Source of the DNA: the human T2T-CHM13v2.0 reference genome, Homo sapiens
Direction: 5' to 3' (one strand)
Length of the DNA stretch: 64,000 nt
NCBI RefSeq assembly: GCF_009914755.1
Contig: NC_060937.1
Under the pieces are notes generated by a model. That model saw only the letters and a list, made by a program, of their open reading frames with translations. It made no database searches and was not told the DNA's origin. The position numbers were made by a program, and so were the translations under genes. Positions 61,061-64,000 of the stretch are shown in pieces (positions within the stretch are counted from its first letter, which is position 1; each line of letters opens with the position of its first letter).

Positions 61061-61222
61061 CAGGGCCAGCTTCATGCATGTGTGACCTGTGCAATCCCAC
61101 AGGGCCCCTGTACTTAGGTTTCATGCTCTGCTGGTGATGTCTTGAAAATCTTAATAACTTTGAACAAGAAGACCTGCATCTTCATTCTGCACTGGGCCCT
61201 GCAAATTCTGTAACTGGTCCTG
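61061..61222 (+). mobile_element. MER45A hAT-Tip100 element
   Basis: CAGGGCCAGCTTCATG...AATTCTGTAACTGGTCCTG termini and matching internal sequence. Confidence 0.85.
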
Positions 61223-62699
61223 CCTGCACAATCTCACTCAGCATCCCTGCTAGTGGCCTCTGTAGGGCCAAGCCTCTCCAAATTGAAATAGAATGAATCC
61301 ACCTGCAAATCATATAATGCTGGTAGCAGAAGCAGCAATGTCAACCATCAGTATGTGCTCAGTCACAATCATCACCTTGTGCTAAATTATTACATCAAGA
61401 GCTACTAGGCAATAGTTTCCTTTTTCCCTTACAGCAACCCAGCAAAGTCCATGTTACTACTATTTTGCAGAACAGAAAATAGCTCTGACTGCAAGAAAAC
61501 TTGCCCAATCTGTTACAGAGCAGGTACAAGGCAGAGCCAAAAATCAGGCAGAAATGTGTGGCTCCAAAGTTCATGTTTCACCAAAATTAACTGTCTTCTC
61601 TGACATTTGCCTGACAGGCACCGTATTTTAGGAAGGGCAATTGCCTTGGCAATTTTCATTGAGAACTCACTTTACCTTGGGACATATCCAGCTGCCAGAA
61701 AGTTCTTACTCATTCTGAAATATAGAGAAAGCTTTGCACAGTGATACTCATCACAGCAGTTTAAATATTTAAAACATTTGGAAGCAGCATAAATAGTCAA
61801 CAATACATTGTCAGCTAAAGGAACCAAGTTACATAGACAAAGTCAACTGTTACATAGTTATATAAATTGCATTTATAAAGATTTTAATAGTATAGAAAAT
61901 AATTTTTTATAATATAAATAAATTCACCATGTGAAAAGTGCATAGATAAAAGACTTGGAAATATGCTAAGATATTAATGTAGATCATTTCAGGATTAAGG
62001 GTAACTGTGCTTTTCCGCACTTCCCAAATTTTTTACAATCCATGCAAATTTCATTTATAACTAAAAAAGATGGATGGAAAATACGTTATGCTATTGATAC
62101 AATAAATATTCCTTGAGCACCTAGGATGTATTAGGTACTGTGCTTGGCACCAGCAGCAAATAAGACAAAATCCTTGCCTTCATTTTGCTTATATTATAGA
62201 ATTGTTATTTTGATGAAACCTGTTATCATCATGTCGGCATCCATGTCAAGCTAATGGGCACTATTGGACTCACAGGCAACTAAAACTTACTTTTAAAAGT
62301 AAACTGTTAAGTTGATCCTGTCCTTGGAAAGTGGATTTTTTTTTTCATCAGATAGGTTCAGTGTCTTGAGATGTCTGTATTTCAGGAGTTTTAATTCTGA
62401 CAAAAAGTATACTAGTTGTCCTTTCTAGCTTTGAGACCCTTGTGAATTATTCAAGCATATTTTCTCTGGCTTTATTCAGGCTAACACTAGAGGTGTTGAC
62501 AGAATAGCACCAAGTTTGGGGCTCTAGAGAAGACCTCAGAGTCCCACATTCAAGTCCTGATGCTTGAATACACTGCAGGTGTGTCTGCTCCAATAGTGGA
62601 TTCATGTACTGTATACATCTACTAGGGAGTTATGAAAGATTTTTCCAAAAGATTTACTTACAGTAGGAGACGTTGTACTTATGGCATCCTCCTATGAAC

Positions 62700-64000
62700 C
62701 AGTTTAGCAACTCTGTCAAAGAAGGAAATGAGGTCTGATGAGCCTATCTCATTCTTTCCCATACCGTTTCTTAGAGTCCGCTGCCTGTGTGCAAAATGTT
62801 TTCTAAATACCCACAAACCATCTGTTAAGTAATTCGTTATAGCATTTCCCTGGTGAATAATATTAAGTTCATCTGTCTACAATTAGGAATTTGCTTTTTT
62901 GTAAATCAGAACAATATTTTCCCATAACAAGGTCCTTGATGGGCTGAGTGGAGAATCACAAATACCTTGATAGGTGGTCCTTGAGATGGAAAATCGTCTC
63001 TAATCCTGACTAGCCCGAAGACCATGGAAGTGTCTTGGCCTCTCTGTTGTCCTGAAGGCCCTCAGAGAGAGGTGAACTCTGTTAATTAAACACTCTTCAT
63101 CTAAAACAAAGCATGCCAGCACAGGGAGATTACAGAAGGACCATAAATGTGAATTTTATTTTGCATTTAAAAAGCCATGCTTTATCCAATTGACATGTTG
63201 GAAAAAAGATTGATGGGGGGACTTCTTAAGAACACGAGAGGGGCTGGTAATTTGCATATTAATTTATGTACCCAAAATGAATGCAGACAGCCATAAAATG
63301 CACTTGTAATAATTATACTACCATTGAACTGTGGGCTTTTAATTAAATGGAATGTTTTTATCTTGTGTTTTTCACGTTAACCATGTTGCTATGGATGTCA
63401 AGCTGTTCTTGCAAATCAAAGCGGTGGAGATGCCTGATCCTGGGCTTTCATCACTCCCAGCCGAAGTGGCTTGCATTCCAGGGCTGTGGCAGCTGGGTCT
63501 GGGGCTCAGGGACAGCTCTGGGCACCTCTGTTTTATGCATACTTTAAAGGAGGGCAGTGGAGACCCAGCTCGGTCGAACTGGCCCTGAACAGGCATGACA
63601 AACCTAGGCTTTGGAAATGAGAAAAGAACGATGCTTGCAACCTGTGAGCCTTTTAAGTAAGTCAGAAAATGAAACCCTGGGTGTGCTTCTTGAGACATGT
63701 TTGCACCGTTTGTCGGTGCCGTTATTTTGATCTCCACTTTCATTGTGGGCATATTAGTGTTTAAGACAGCAGCTACGTTATCCAAATGATCATTTTCATG
63801 CTTTTCGATGCAGTAGCAAGAATGCTCTCCCTACTTCCCTCCATTTTTTTTTCTCCAAATAGCTGTTAAGTGGAGCCGCTTGTGACTGATATAAATAATT
63901 GCCATTGCGTTTTGATGATCTGGGCTGGACACACTTAACCTCTTGTTTTGTAATCTGAGTTGCATGGTACCGGTCCATTATTTTCATGGCAATTGCACAG
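62700..64000. promoter_or_regulatory. Candidate conserved non-coding element / enhancer, may run past the window end
   Basis: Repeat-free; octamer ATTTGCAT 63250 abutting ATTAATTTATG; GCCATAAA 63290; TTAATTAA twice; retained CpGs at 63420-63970. Confidence 0.5.

Noticed and set aside
63372-63785. 137-aa ORF or coding exon in the CpG-retaining block
   Set aside because: No protein family resemblance and no convincing splice-site pair; non-coding constraint explains it better

Overview
This is non-coding primate DNA, most likely human or great ape, judged from AluY, L1PA2/3-like, THE1 and MER41 elements. I find no credible protein-coding gene, RNA gene, CpG-island promoter or CRISPR array. The ORF track consists of L1, Alu and LTR remnants plus chance ORFs. 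Positions ~1-27 kb are a dense, nested cluster of solo ERV/MaLR LTRs, Alus, a twin-primed L1 and DNA transposons. Positions ~28-64 kb hold mostly ancient repeats (MIR, L2, L1M, MLT1) and Alus. These are separated by repeat-free, AT-rich, TAAT-dense blocks that resemble conserved non-coding developmental enhancers of a gene desert or large intron; a similar block lies at ~20-21.5 kb. I cannot support a new biological system here. The most unusual directly visible structures are: (1) a ~690-bp head-to-head THE1 LTR quasi-palindrome with a 17-bp internal duplication inside a normal 5-bp TSD; (2) an AT-rich fold-back element split by an Alu at 45.2-45.8 kb; (3) a perfect 29-bp palindrome at an LTR end; (4) a 23/24-bp dispersed direct repeat in apparently unique sequence; (5) templated micro-rearrangements and recent tandem duplications. 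Repeat subfamily names come from my recall of consensus sequences and need RepeatMasker/Dfam confirmation. Boundaries of ancient repeats are approximate.
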